A stretch of 43,549 bases of DNA from a virus (IMGVR_UViG_3300037424_000909:1-43549), one strand, 5' to 3'; numbered from the stretch's first letter, positions 8,795-19,514 are shown. Made by a program: numbers and translations. The notes: generated by a model from the sequence alone, not told the origin.

Positions 8795-9372
8795 CCTCCG
8801 GCACAATCACGGCGTTGCAGGTCCTTCGCAATGCGGTGGACGTGGATATGGCATCGCGCGTGCCGGGCTACGACACCTATTTCGGGTGGCGCGAGCCTAG
8901 CAAGCAGCAGACGGCACCTGTGCGTGTGGTGTGGACGCCGGGGGATGAGACTGGTTCCTTGGGTCAAGAGATGGCTGCACAGAAGGTGTCGATTCCCGTC
9001 GCGGCGGGGCAGACTGCACGTAATCTCGTGGATCTCGACGAGGCCTTCCACGTTCAGATTCAATCAGTGGATTCCGCATGCGCAGAGGATGAGGAAGCAC
9101 AATATAACGCCGTGCGGATGTTATGGGACGCGTGGCGTGCGTGCGCATATCGCGCGACGCATGGGCAGAGTCGCATTGGATTTCTCACTCTCGTTTCGGC
9201 GCGGTGGAAAATCGAGGGCGTCAACGAGAAGCGCCGCGGTGCTTGCTTGATTGTGACGGGGCGTATCCGCTCCCCGAACCCGGACGACGCCCGTGCGTCG
9301 ACCACCCCAAATCGTGTAGAAATCGGCCCGCTCGAGGGCTATGTCTCTGGACCGACAATAGTCGTAGAATAG
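8791..9372 (+). CDS. Probable tail terminator/completion protein
   Basis: Position before the sheath and ATGA overlap. Function from synteny only. Confidence 0.45.
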   Translation: MTSGTITALQVLRNAVDVDMASRVPGYDTYFGWREPSKQQTAPVRVVWTPGDETGSLGQEMAAQKVSIPVAAGQTARNLVDLDEAFHVQIQSVDSACAEDEEAQYNAVRMLWDAWRACAYRATHGQSRIGFLTLVSARWKIEGVNEKRRGACLIVTGRIRSPNPDDARASTTPNRVEIGPLEGYVSGPTIVVE

Positions 9373-9379
9373 GTGAGCG

Positions 9380-10897
9380 ATGGCTGTTCAATCAATATCC
9401 ACGACCAAGCTACCGAATCAGATCGCGATTAGCCCTGGCGTGGGCAATGTGCTGATCATCGCGGGACCATCATCGGCGGGCCCGTACGACACCCTTACGC
9501 CGCACTCTCGCGCGTCGGCGTGTCAGGCGCAGTTCGGTCAAGGGCCCCTTGTCGAGGCCGCATGCATTGCGATCGAAGATTTCAATGTCACGGTGCTTTG
9601 CGTGCGAACGCACGCCACGACGGTTGGCGTTGCCGGCGCGGTTACGGCTACACGCGTCGCATCCTCGACGTCGGTCGTCACCGTCAAGGCCGGATCGGTC
9701 CCTTACGGCGACTATGAGTTCGGCATGGTTGTCACCAAGATTCTGTCGGATGCCGGCGCAGCCATGACGACGGGCACGCTCGGTACGGACAACATCTATG
9801 TGAAGTGGACCACGGATAATTTCCGCACGCTAGGCCCCGAGACGAAACTGCCGGATACCGCGACGTTCGATCTTTCGATTTCGCACTCGGTGACGGGATT
9901 CGACAGTGGTATTGATCTCACTTGCGCCGCGGGTACTCTCACGGTGGGTGATGAGTTCCTGGGCACCTCGACCGCACCGGTCGCTACGACTGCGGATATC
10001 GCGACTGCGATCACTGTTATCCGAGCGTCGACCGCAAATTGGGAGTTCATTTCTCTCGCCAGCCCTCTATCGGATGCGACGCACTCCTCGGGTGTCGCGG
10101 GGTCCCTCGACTCCGCTGTAGTGTCGCTTGCGGGCTCGGGCAAGTTTCGTGGTTGGATCGGTCACGCTCCTATCCCGGGGGAGGGTGACGACGACTCCGA
10201 ATACCAGGCGTCCTCGGACGTCACGAACTTTGCCGCGTACGGCAGCACTACGCCGGGTCTCGTGCTTGCGGGTGCGTGCCTGCAAGCATCGCGTAACCCG
10301 ACGTGGCCGGCGCAATATATTTTGCCCCCTTCCTATGTGGTGGCACCATGGGCTGTCAAACATCTTGCATCGCAGTCGATCGCGGACAGTGACGACGGCC
10401 CTCTCCCTGGGTGTCAAATTACAGACGGCAACGGCAACCCCCTCGATCGATGCCATGACGAAGCACAAAATCCGTGGGCGGATGACGCCCGTTTTTGCGT
10501 TCTCCGAACGTGGCCGGACCGACCCGGGGCGTACGTCAATCTCCCTAGATTGATGGCCGCGTCGGGTTCGGCATTCTCGATTTTGCAGCGCCTCCGCGTG
10601 TGGAACAAGTTTGCGGCCGCGTGCTACGGCGCGTATCGCCCCTTGTTGCAGAAGCGCGTCGACTACGATGCGGCCACGGGGCATATCCTCGAGTCTGCTG
10701 CGCAGAAGATCGAGGACGATGCGAACGCTGCAATTGAAGGTGTCATGGCTGGTGATTGCACCGCGGTTCGCACACGCATCGCCCGCACGGATGACCTCCG
10801 CGCGGATAACCCGACGGTCACGGTCGAGGGCGGCGTCCAGCCTTTTGCATACCCGGTGTTCATCAACCTGCGTCTCGGTTTCTTGCTCCCCGCGTAA
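9380..10897 (+). CDS. Contractile tail sheath protein (DUF2586-like)
   Basis: 505 aa with FGQGPLVEAA, HDEA...DDARFCVLRTW...GAYV and a sheath-like C-terminus. Followed by a tube-sized gene. Confidence 0.8.
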   Translation: MAVQSISTTKLPNQIAISPGVGNVLIIAGPSSAGPYDTLTPHSRASACQAQFGQGPLVEAACIAIEDFNVTVLCVRTHATTVGVAGAVTATRVASSTSVVTVKAGSVPYGDYEFGMVVTKILSDAGAAMTTGTLGTDNIYVKWTTDNFRTLGPETKLPDTATFDLSISHSVTGFDSGIDLTCAAGTLTVGDEFLGTSTAPVATTADIATAITVIRASTANWEFISLASPLSDATHSSGVAGSLDSAVVSLAGSGKFRGWIGHAPIPGEGDDDSEYQASSDVTNFAAYGSTTPGLVLAGACLQASRNPTWPAQYILPPSYVVAPWAVKHLASQSIADSDDGPLPGCQITDGNGNPLDRCHDEAQNPWADDARFCVLRTWPDRPGAYVNLPRLMAASGSAFSILQRLRVWNKFAAACYGAYRPLLQKRVDYDAATGHILESAAQKIEDDANAAIEGVMAGDCTAVRTRIARTDDLRADNPTVTVEGGVQPFAYPVFINLRLGFLLPA

Positions 10898-10909
10898 TGA
10901 GGTCCTCAC

Positions 10910-11395
10910 ATGGCAATCACTAGAGATCAGGAACGCGTCGAGCTGAACCCCTTCGGCTGGTCTTCAATCGTCTATACGGTTGCGGGCATCGAGTTGTTTG
11001 GCGTCACCTCGATTGGTTCCGCGTGGAAGCGCGAGCGCGTCTACGGCTATGGTTTGGGTAAGTCGCACGGACCCCGCGCCTTGTCGAAGGGTAAGGTTAC
11101 ATTCGACCCACTCAAACTCAAGATGCATAAGGACTCGTTCGAGGTCCTGCGGAACATCTACGCGGAGCGCGCCAGCGACGGTCGTAGTTTCGCTGATGTG
11201 CGGCTGAACCACTCGATCCAAATCGTCGAGGTCGAGTCGTTCAACACGGTGCATTATCTTTTCGAGAATGTCGTGTGGTCGGGGGAATCTTTCACTTGGG
11301 ATGAGTCCCCGGACCCGCTCCAAGAGGAGGCCGAGCTGCAGTACATGCGCTGTCGGATCAACGGGCTCACGCCGTGGGATTCTCGCCCACGGTGA
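10910..11395 (+). CDS. Tail tube protein
   Basis: 161 aa after the sheath. FGWSSI and YG.G...PRA.SKG motifs. GAGG SD. Confidence 0.75.
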   Translation: MAITRDQERVELNPFGWSSIVYTVAGIELFGVTSIGSAWKRERVYGYGLGKSHGPRALSKGKVTFDPLKLKMHKDSFEVLRNIYAERASDGRSFADVRLNHSIQIVEVESFNTVHYLFENVVWSGESFTWDESPDPLQEEAELQYMRCRINGLTPWDSRPR

Positions 11396-11416
11396 ATATA
11401 ACGAAAGCAGGACAAC

Positions 11417-11842
11417 ATGGCAGATGACATCAGCGCGCGGCTCGAAGCTGCGCGCGAGAAGAGTGCGAAGGACCGCGACGCGAGGGCTCAAGAGGTCGCA
11501 CAGGTGCGTGCCGAAAATGAGCTTGCGCTGCACGAGACGATCGCCCCCGAGCACGGTGTGATTGGTAGCGATATTGATGCCGTGTTCAGCAAGCATACGG
11601 GCGACATGGTAGTTATCAAGCGCCCAACGCTTGCCGCCTTTCGTATGTTCCAGCGCGATTTGAACGCGGGCAAGCTCGATCCGAACGAGGTCGCCCTCCG
11701 GTTCGTCAAGTCGTGCCTCGTGTACCCCACGATCGAAGTATTCTCCGAGGTCCAAGCGCGCGCGCCAGCGATGCTCGTGACATGCGCCGATGCCGCCGCG
11801 GCACTTGCCGGCACGGGGTCCGAGACGCTTGAGGGAAAATAG
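11417..11842 (+). CDS. Tail assembly chaperone (gpG-like)
   Basis: Between tube and tape measure. Ends GAG GGA AAA TAG. Confidence 0.75.
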   Translation: MADDISARLEAAREKSAKDRDARAQEVAQVRAENELALHETIAPEHGVIGSDIDAVFSKHTGDMVVIKRPTLAAFRMFQRDLNAGKLDPNEVALRFVKSCLVYPTIEVFSEVQARAPAMLVTCADAAAALAGTGSETLEGK

Positions 11843-12012
11843 CCGCTGGCGTCAAGCGTTCGCACATTGACGCCGCATACGCTACCGACTGCGTTATGCA
11901 GTTGTTTCCGCTTCGTCCGGTTGACGACGAGGACGCGGAGGTCCAAAAGATAGTAGGTGCCCGCATGGTTGTGGACGCCCTATCAATCATTAGGTCGTTG
12001 GCGAACAAATGA
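11833..12012 (+). other. -1 ribosomal frameshift site G GGA AAA and gpGT-like extension
   Basis: XXXYYYZ heptamer at 11833-11839. The -1 frame is open for 57 codons (IAAGVKRSH...RSLANK) and its TGA overlaps the tape-measure ATG. Confidence 0.8.
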
Positions 12013-13877
12013 ACACCGGAGGCCAAACCACTGCACTATTCGGCGTCGAGATTGATGACCGCACCGGCGCGGGGGTCAAGTCGTCGACGGCGCAGTTGGA
12101 GCAACTACGGGCCAAGCTAGACTCTGATACGGTTGCGTTGTCACGCCTAGAAGTGGCGTGGAAGCAGCTCAACAAGGCCGCCGTGGTCGACGTGGCCACG
12201 GCGAAGAACCTACGCGCACGCATCGACGAGACCCGTGCCAGCATGGTCAGCACCACGGCCAAGATTCACGGCATGGGGGGCGCATTCAAGAAATCGAAGT
12301 CCGAGGGGTCCGATAAGGCCAAGGTGGGCCTCGAGCAATTGCGCAACGCCCTCGCGCAATCGGAGGGCCCGGTGGGCTCTATGTCTCGTGGTGTCGGGGG
12401 CCTCATCACTAAGTTGGGCGGTGCCGGCCTCGTGGGGGTGCTCGTGCTTGCGGCCGCGGCGGGGATCGCCCTTGGCGCGGCCATGGGCATCGCCGCGGCG
12501 AAGCTTGCTTTCTATGCACTCACGGTGGCCGATGCAGCGCGCGCGGAAAACTTGCATCTTGAGGCCCTCACGAAGATTCCTGATTGGTGGGGCCGCGCTG
12601 CCGGCAAGGCCTCGGAGCTTGTCGCTATCACCAGTACCATGTCCGATAAGTGGGGCGTGGCGCGGACCGAGGTCGGCAAGTTCACGCGTGAACTGTACGC
12701 CGCGGGCTACCGCGGCAATGGCCTCAAGAACGCGGTCGAGGCTTCATCCGTGGCCCTTGCTGCATTTGGTGGGGATGCGGGCGAAGCCCAGCGATACATG
12801 GGCGCTATCTCCTGGCAGTTCGGGTTGATGGGCAAGGGCTCAGCCGCATTCGCGGCGCGCGTGAAGAAAGATCTTGGCGATATTGCGATCCGACAGTCGC
12901 TAGGGTTCAGCAAGCAAATGGGCATGCTGCGTCAGCACATCGGGCAGCTGTTCACTGGCGTTCGCATCGAGCCCTTCCTCAAGTCGCTGCACGGCGTGAC
13001 TTCGCTTTTCTCGCAAACCGCGGTGTCCGGGAAGATCTTGAAGCGCTTGTTCGAGTCCTTGCTAAGCCCCCTGTTTGGTGGTGCGGCGTCGGCGGGCGAC
13101 GCGATCAAGCACCTCGTTCAGGATATGATTTACTGGGCTCTGAAGGCTCAAAGTTATTGGCTCGACCTGCAGATTTGGGTCGCGCGCACGTTCAATTATA
13201 AGGGTGACTTAGGTACGTTAGCCGCACTGACCGCGCTCAAAGTCGTGCTTGGTTTCGCCGCGGTAGCCGCGGGTGCGCTTGCGGTCGCCCTTATTGGCAT
13301 AACGCTCAGCGCCGTGGCCTTGGTAGGTGCGATTGGCGCGATCGGCTACACGCTGTACTGGGTTGGATCGCAGTTCAAGTGGCTGTATGACAACGCCACG
13401 AATCTCGACTGGTCACAGTTGGGTTTCGACATAATGAAGGGGATCGGTAGTGGGATCATCAATGGCACGAAGTGGGCGGTTGATGCGATGGTTGGTTCCG
13501 CGGGCGCTATAAAAGCTGCGTTCAAAAAGGCCCTAGGGATCAAGTCCCCCTCACTTGTTTTCCGTACGCAAGCACGTTTCATTCCGATGGGCGCGGCCCT
13601 TGGTATCCGCGACGGGGCTCCTATGGTGCGTGCCGCAGTGCGCGACATGGCCCCCGAACCACCCCCACGGTTTGGTGGCGCAGGATTCGCCGCGGCATTC
13701 GCCCCGGCCATACATGCCGTACCCGCACCCGCGGGCGCATCAGGTGGGGGTATCGGTCACGCCACGGTCAACATATACGACGCCCGCGATCCCCTCGCGG
13801 TGGCGCGCGAAGTGAAGCGCATCTTGTTGCAGTTGATGCGCGACGCCAATACCACGGTTGGAGCCGCCAATGACTGA
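12009..13877 (+). CDS. Tape measure protein
   Basis: 622 aa, helical and Ala/Gly-rich, with hydrophobic segments and an LGIKSPSLVF motif. Confidence 0.88.
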   Translation: MNTGGQTTALFGVEIDDRTGAGVKSSTAQLEQLRAKLDSDTVALSRLEVAWKQLNKAAVVDVATAKNLRARIDETRASMVSTTAKIHGMGGAFKKSKSEGSDKAKVGLEQLRNALAQSEGPVGSMSRGVGGLITKLGGAGLVGVLVLAAAAGIALGAAMGIAAAKLAFYALTVADAARAENLHLEALTKIPDWWGRAAGKASELVAITSTMSDKWGVARTEVGKFTRELYAAGYRGNGLKNAVEASSVALAAFGGDAGEAQRYMGAISWQFGLMGKGSAAFAARVKKDLGDIAIRQSLGFSKQMGMLRQHIGQLFTGVRIEPFLKSLHGVTSLFSQTAVSGKILKRLFESLLSPLFGGAASAGDAIKHLVQDMIYWALKAQSYWLDLQIWVARTFNYKGDLGTLAALTALKVVLGFAAVAAGALAVALIGITLSAVALVGAIGAIGYTLYWVGSQFKWLYDNATNLDWSQLGFDIMKGIGSGIINGTKWAVDAMVGSAGAIKAAFKKALGIKSPSLVFRTQARFIPMGAALGIRDGAPMVRAAVRDMAPEPPPRFGGAGFAAAFAPAIHAVPAPAGASGGGIGHATVNIYDARDPLAVAREVKRILLQLMRDANTTVGAAND

Positions 13878-14469
13878 AACGTGGCAGCCCGAAGGCGATC
13901 CAGTCGACCACGTGTTGATCGAGGGCGAGGCCCTGCCTGGATTTTCGGAGCCCTTCGGCGCGGATGCGAAGCGTAAAATCCTGATGCAGTCAGGTCCCGG
14001 GTTCTCCGGCGCCAGGTATCTATTTCAGGGCCTCGACATATCTGAGTTCTCGATCTATCTGCACCTACAGGATGAGTTTGACTACCTCGACTATCAGGCG
14101 TACTTGACACGCGGCAACGGGGACTTTCTTCGCCTTCCTCAGCCCCAGGCGGGAGGCATGATGGCCGCGCAAGAAACAGTGCTTCGGCCTTGGCGTATTT
14201 ATCACCCGTTTCTCGCGCCCCTCGGGATTACGCACGTGATTGTTCTGAACGTCAAGCAGCCTGTAGCTGAGGGACCAGGCGCGTGGATGATCGAGGTCCA
14301 GGTTGCACGCTATACACCGCTGAAGCGCATGAGTGCGAAGTACGAGGACACCGCCGCGGACAAGCCCGACGCGCGCGACTTGCGCAACCTTGCCCTCGAG
14401 GGCGAGAACGCACAGAAGCGCGCGACCCTCGACAACCTACGCAATCAACCATTGCCGGCGCCCAAATGA
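13870..14469 (+). CDS. Baseplate/tail-tube initiator-like protein
   Basis: Follows the tape measure, with a GGAG SD. Function from synteny. Confidence 0.45.
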   Translation: MTETWQPEGDPVDHVLIEGEALPGFSEPFGADAKRKILMQSGPGFSGARYLFQGLDISEFSIYLHLQDEFDYLDYQAYLTRGNGDFLRLPQPQAGGMMAAQETVLRPWRIYHPFLAPLGITHVIVLNVKQPVAEGPGAWMIEVQVARYTPLKRMSAKYEDTAADKPDARDLRNLALEGENAQKRATLDNLRNQPLPAPK

Positions 14470-15638
14470 CAGACCAAGCAGTCACCCTGAATGGTAGGCC
14501 GTGTGAGCGCGTATCATTGCACGTGCCCGAAGCCGGCGCGTGGTTAGCAGAGGTCGTGCTTGCGGACGCCACACTCATGTCGGGTCGTGCGACTCTATCC
14601 TTTGGGGGCACATCTTGGGTCGGCACTGTGGACCCCGAGCGCTCCGGTTCTTTTGCCGATGCGACACACGTGCGCGTTGTGGGGGGCCTTGGCTGGTCAC
14701 GCGTGCTACCCCGCGCCGCGTACTCGAATGACGCGGGGGTGAAGGCGCAGAAGGTTGCATCGGATGCCGCCACGTCCGTCGGCGAAGCCCTCGGCACGTT
14801 CGAGCCCGCCGCGCTCCGCCTTGCGTCACCCTTCGCGCGTCGTGTTGGCGCTGCTTCCCTGGCTCTTGCCGCGGCCGCAGGCGGTGTGCCGTGGTACGTC
14901 GACCCTTCTGGTGTGACGCACGTAGCGCCACGTAAGACGTACACGCCCGCCGCGAAGGCGTACCACGTCGAGTCGTGGGACCCGATCGCGCAGCGTGCGA
15001 CGATATGCGTCGAAGATCCCGGCGCGATCGGCATCGGCGCCAAGCTCGTGGATGAGAGGTTCACTGGCGTGCAAGTCGTCCGGGAGTACACGCTCACGGC
15101 CGAGGGCTCCACGGTTTATGTGCACGCGATTTGTGGCGCGGCACTCACGGGGGCAGACCCTCTGGTCGAAGCCATGGGTGCGTTCGTGCGGCACACGATC
15201 GATCCACGTCTGCATTCGAAGTGGCGCTATCGTGTCGAGTCGATGTCCCCTGATGGGCGCGTCAACGTCACGGCGCTCAACGATCGCGCGCCTTTCCCCA
15301 CGCTCGCACGCGTGCCCGTCTACTCCTCCGTGTACGTGGACATGTCCCCCGGCGCCACGGTGCTAGTGGAGTTCCTCGAGGGCGACCCGGCGCAAGCCCG
15401 ATGTGAGCCCGTCGCGGACACGAGGGACGCGCACTTCGCCCCCGCACGCACCGTGATCGGTGGCACGGAGGGCCCAGGCATCGCATGCCTTGGACACCCC
15501 ATCGAGGGGCTGCTACCACCCGCAACATTCGTGGGTACCGTTGGCGGGAGTCCCGCTACTGGCGCAATAATATGGGCCTCCCCGAAAGTGCTTGGCACAA
15601 TCACGGCCGGGTCGAGTAAGGCGGGGGCCGCGCCATGA
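14466..15638 (+). CDS. Baseplate hub/spike-like protein (possible gpD-gpV type fusion)
   Basis: WYVDPSG hub-like segment and PGATVLVEFLEGDPAQ gpV OB-fold-like motif. ATGA overlap. Confidence 0.6.
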   Translation: MTDQAVTLNGRPCERVSLHVPEAGAWLAEVVLADATLMSGRATLSFGGTSWVGTVDPERSGSFADATHVRVVGGLGWSRVLPRAAYSNDAGVKAQKVASDAATSVGEALGTFEPAALRLASPFARRVGAASLALAAAAGGVPWYVDPSGVTHVAPRKTYTPAAKAYHVESWDPIAQRATICVEDPGAIGIGAKLVDERFTGVQVVREYTLTAEGSTVYVHAICGAALTGADPLVEAMGAFVRHTIDPRLHSKWRYRVESMSPDGRVNVTALNDRAPFPTLARVPVYSSVYVDMSPGATVLVEFLEGDPAQARCEPVADTRDAHFAPARTVIGGTEGPGIACLGHPIEGLLPPATFVGTVGGSPATGAIIWASPKVLGTITAGSSKAGAAP

Positions 15639-16108
15639 CCATCACGTCGCTGGGTGAGTTGTCTGTCGGCGCTGCGATCCCCGGTGCGATCGCAGCCCTC
15701 AATCTTGCGCTGCCCGACGCGCAAGCAAGGTTGGACGCGCTACTCGCGTTCCAGCCGGGTGGCGTGAGCTTCGCAGCAAATCTCGCGTTGCTTGCACAGA
15801 TCCAAGCCTCGATTGAATCCGCCATATCCCTGGGCATCGTGCCCCCTTCGTTGCAGGCGCAGATCGATATCATCCTCGGGTTGCTTGCGCCGCTGCGTGC
15901 GCAACTTGCCGCCATTGCCGCGTTCAAAGCCGCGATCGGCGCCGGGGTTTACGCGTACAAGTACGACGGCAACACGAGTGCGTTCGGTGCGGAATTGGCC
16001 GCGGCCTTAGCCAGTCACACCACGGGGGAGCAGTCCACCGCGATCGTCTTGGGTGCAACATCCGTCGCGGCGGCATCGGCCCTGGCTGCCGTATTCGTGG
16101 GGTTCTAA
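15635..16108 (+). CDS. Ala/Leu-rich hypothetical virion protein
   Basis: Coupled ORF in the baseplate operon. Confidence 0.5.
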   Translation: MTITSLGELSVGAAIPGAIAALNLALPDAQARLDALLAFQPGGVSFAANLALLAQIQASIESAISLGIVPPSLQAQIDIILGLLAPLRAQLAAIAAFKAAIGAGVYAYKYDGNTSAFGAELAAALASHTTGEQSTAIVLGATSVAAASALAAVFVGF

Positions 16109-16641
16109 TGCTGGATTTCGACTCTGCCTTCGCTGTGTTTCTTTCAGGTGGTACCTTACCAGACGGCGTGGTGCGCGAGGCCCCGGCGCGTGAATTCGCA
16201 ACGACCGCGGGGGACCTCGGCTACGGTCGGGACCTGTCCTGCTTCGAAGACTTCACCCCCGACTTTGCAATGATTGATCCAAATAGTACTATTGCCGTGG
16301 TGCAGTCGAACTGGCGGCGGATCAACACTCCGCCCGCAGTAGCCGCCGCCGTTGATGAGCCTGTGCATGCCTTGTTCGATGTGCGCTCACTTCTGCAGAA
16401 AGCGACGACACCGCAGCGCATCAACCAATACCAGGATGAGATCCGCGAGTGCATCATGTATGATGACCGCAACGCATCTTGCGTGTGCACCCTGGAGCTT
16501 GATGCGGCGGGGGAGACTTTGACCATGACGTTGACCGGCACGACGGCGCGGGGGCCCTATTCCCTCGTGTCTGCCTTGACCGACGGCGCGGCACTGATCC
16601 GCGAAATGAGCGCGGAGGGTATCAACTATGTCAAGCCTTGA
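16108..16641 (+). CDS. Baseplate wedge protein (gpW/gp25-like)
   Basis: YGRDL and EIRECIMYDDR segments, position before gpJ. Confidence 0.55.
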   Translation: MLDFDSAFAVFLSGGTLPDGVVREAPAREFATTAGDLGYGRDLSCFEDFTPDFAMIDPNSTIAVVQSNWRRINTPPAVAAAVDEPVHALFDVRSLLQKATTPQRINQYQDEIRECIMYDDRNASCVCTLELDAAGETLTMTLTGTTARGPYSLVSALTDGAALIREMSAEGINYVKP

Positions 16642-17827
16642 AGATCTCACTCAGCCCCGTACCCCCGAGCAAATCCTCGCGAATTTCTACGCGTATTTGG
16701 AGCGCGTGGGGATCCCCGTCACGGCGTGGAAGCCCCTCAGTCCGATGCGATTTTTGCTCAAAGTCACGGCGGTAGTATTCAGCGCCTATACCTATTGGGC
16801 ATGCGGCGCCGTGCGCGCCATGTTCTTGCACCTGTCCTCAGGTGATTGGCTACGCGCCAAGGCCAAGTATGACTATGGTACGGACTGGCATTCCGCGACG
16901 GCGGCATCGGGTGTCGTGTTGCTCGTGAACACGAGCGCGAACACTTACGAACTCGACCCGGGGGACCTCGCAATCCTGTACGACGCGTTATCCCCAGATG
17001 GCTTGACAACAACGAGATACACGTACTCCCTGAGCGCCGCGGTTACCGTCGGCCCGTCGGCGTCGGTCGATGGTTCCTTCACCTGCACGATTGCGGGCTC
17101 TGCAGGTACGCTGCCTGTGGGCGCGGCGGTGAGTTTATCCCCAGGCCTCTCTGGTTTGACTGCGGTCGTCGAAACCCCGCTCATTGGCACGGATGATGAG
17201 GATGACCAGGCGTTGATCACGCGGGCGCAGTCGGCGGCGAGTGCCACGAGTCCCGCGGGCCCCAAGGACGCGTGGCGTCATGTGGCCACATCCTACACAC
17301 GCGACGGCGTGCAGGTTTGCACGCGGGTGCAAGTACAGCCTGGCAACCCCCTCACGGTGTTTATTGGCAACGCCTCCGGGGGTCTCTCGGGCGCGGATCT
17401 CACGGAAGTCACGCTCGAGTTGCGCACGAAAGTTGAAGCACTCGGTGTCGTGGCGAATGTGGTGCCCGGCAATGCAAAGAATATCTACGCCGCATACTCC
17501 GTATGGTGTCGTAAAACGACCATGAGCGCCGCGACAATCAAGGCGACGATTGACGCGGCCATCACTCAATACATAGGCGCATTTCCGATGGGGGGTGACG
17601 CCGTGGCGCAAGTCGATGGGGCACACCCCGCCGGGACGCGGTGGATGTACCTCGATGACCTCGAGAGTGTCATCATGACCGCGATCCCACGGGCGTATCC
17701 GAACGTCGCGAACCCCATCTACCACGCGCTCGTATCCGCAGGCAGTCTCTACAACGACATACAATTCGCCACGGGCGACGTGGCCGTGCTCGCGGGAGCG
17801 CCCGTAGGCGGAGTGTATTTCGAATGA
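16628..17827 (+). CDS. Baseplate J-like protein
   Basis: SGDWL, AGSAG and GTDDEDDQALITR...AGP motifs. Confidence 0.88.
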   Translation: MSSLEDLTQPRTPEQILANFYAYLERVGIPVTAWKPLSPMRFLLKVTAVVFSAYTYWACGAVRAMFLHLSSGDWLRAKAKYDYGTDWHSATAASGVVLLVNTSANTYELDPGDLAILYDALSPDGLTTTRYTYSLSAAVTVGPSASVDGSFTCTIAGSAGTLPVGAAVSLSPGLSGLTAVVETPLIGTDDEDDQALITRAQSAASATSPAGPKDAWRHVATSYTRDGVQVCTRVQVQPGNPLTVFIGNASGGLSGADLTEVTLELRTKVEALGVVANVVPGNAKNIYAAYSVWCRKTTMSAATIKATIDAAITQYIGAFPMGGDAVAQVDGAHPAGTRWMYLDDLESVIMTAIPRAYPNVANPIYHALVSAGSLYNDIQFATGDVAVLAGAPVGGVYFE

Positions 17828-18690
17828 CCACGTTGAATTGGCGAAGCGCCATCGCGCAGCTCTTACCCCGATGGGCTAAGGGCGCACACCAGGAGGGCAA
17901 CCCCGATCCGAATGCCGGATGGTTTGGTTGGCGTGTGATGCACGTGCTTGGACTCACTTTGGACGCCCTCGGGGATGCGCTCAATGAAGGGCTTTGGAAG
18001 GCCTTCCCCGGCGCAACGGACGACGAAACGGCGTTGGCGTTGCAGGGCGCAGAACGCGGCATCCTGCGTGGACCCCTCGAGTCATCCACCGCGTACGCGC
18101 GCCGGTTGCGCCGGTGGCGTCAAGCGCGCAAGAGGCAGGGCAATCCGATTGAACTTGCAGTGCAGATCCAGTCTTACCTGCAGCCCTACGCGATGACAGT
18201 GCAAATCCAATACAGTGACAGCACATGCTATACCGTGGACCCTGGGGCGTACTTGCTCGACGAGTACCAAGGCGCGGGCGTGGTGCACGCCACTTCCCGC
18301 GCGTGGAACTGGGATGGCGTGAATGAGCCGACGCGCTTTTGGTTGCTGCTTGGTTGTGCGACGGCGAACACGCCGTGGGCCAGTGATGGTCTTTGGGGCA
18401 GCGCTGGCACGTGGGACGATCTCAACACGGATGAGGGCACGGCCGGTGGTGTGGTACTCGATCCATTAGCAGGCGGCGATACTACGCCGACCTATGGCTC
18501 GCAGGCGAGCCTCGCTAGCGTGCAGGGATTGCTCGCCCTCGTGCAAGATATGACACCACCGCACGCACGTTGCGAGTGCGTCGTGTATTCGTTCAACTCG
18601 GCCGAATTCGCCACGATAGCCCCCGACGGCACATGGGGGGATGCGGGCAGCCGCAGTCAGGCGTATGTATACTGGGAGATCCCGCAATGA
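17824..18690 (+). CDS. Baseplate/tail protein (gpI-like)
   Basis: LLPRW, ERGILRG..ES...YARRL and terminal PPHA, after gpJ. Confidence 0.65.
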   Translation: MTTLNWRSAIAQLLPRWAKGAHQEGNPDPNAGWFGWRVMHVLGLTLDALGDALNEGLWKAFPGATDDETALALQGAERGILRGPLESSTAYARRLRRWRQARKRQGNPIELAVQIQSYLQPYAMTVQIQYSDSTCYTVDPGAYLLDEYQGAGVVHATSRAWNWDGVNEPTRFWLLLGCATANTPWASDGLWGSAGTWDDLNTDEGTAGGVVLDPLAGGDTTPTYGSQASLASVQGLLALVQDMTPPHARCECVVYSFNSAEFATIAPDGTWGDAGSRSQAYVYWEIPQ

Positions 18691-19514
18691 TAACGACAGT
18701 CGGCAACCCGAGCATATGGCCCACGGGGATTCGTACACCCACCGGGACCGATCCGCGTAATGCCACGACGGAAGCCGCCCTCGCCACGGATGCCGCGAAT
18801 GGGTTGGCGTGGCTTCGCGCGCACACCGTGGATCGGATGCATAACACGATCGCGGATTTGCAGGCAGCCACGGGCGTATCACTGAATGAGCCTCACTACG
18901 TGTTGGGGTATGGCTGGTATTGGTACACCCCCACAATGCTCGCGTTGCAGGGCGATTACATGGTGATCACCGCGACCGGCATGGGTAGTGGCCGCTGGGT
19001 GAGCGACGTCTATAGTGGCCTGACCGAAGTTGTGTGGGATGGCACGGCGCGATTGAAGCGCCATCTGCAACAGAATTACATCATCGACTCGGGGACATGT
19101 TTCAGTGAAACACCCTTGGCGACCGGGACTATCGCCGCGGGGGCCTCGCTGCTGGACACCGTGCACATAGTGCAAGTCGACAACACGATCACGGGGGATA
19201 TCATTGACGGTGTTTTTGGGCCTCTGCTGCTGTCCACACCAAGCACGACGAACCCAGGTTTTCGAGGTCGCGTCGACGTGGAGTGCGTGTCTGGCTACAC
19301 CACGGGGGGCGGCCTCGCCGAGGTATGCCGGAGTGTCACGGTGGGGATCCTCGGGGGGTACATTCAGACGCATGAGATATCATGGCGCGGGGTGGTGACG
19401 ACGCCAGGTACGACCCTCATTCGCATGCGGTTCACCGCGCCGGATGATGTTACTTTCGCCGCGACGTGCATGGATCGATACTGGTACGGAAAATATGAGG
19501 CGCGTCGACAATGA
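18687..19514 (+). CDS. Tail fibre-associated protein
   Basis: After the gpI-like gene. TIADLQA and G.GRW segments are seen in fibre/spike N-termini. Confidence 0.55.
   Translation: MITTVGNPSIWPTGIRTPTGTDPRNATTEAALATDAANGLAWLRAHTVDRMHNTIADLQAATGVSLNEPHYVLGYGWYWYTPTMLALQGDYMVITATGMGSGRWVSDVYSGLTEVVWDGTARLKRHLQQNYIIDSGTCFSETPLATGTIAAGASLLDTVHIVQVDNTITGDIIDGVFGPLLLSTPSTTNPGFRGRVDVECVSGYTTGGGLAEVCRSVTVGILGGYIQTHEISWRGVVTTPGTTLIRMRFTAPDDVTFAATCMDRYWYGKYEARRQ

Noticed and set aside
5126-15112. Long minus-strand ORFs opposite structural genes (5126-5872, 10067-10909, 10964-11755, 14252-15112)
   Set aside because: These are shadow ORFs of GC-rich coding sequence with no motifs and no SD.
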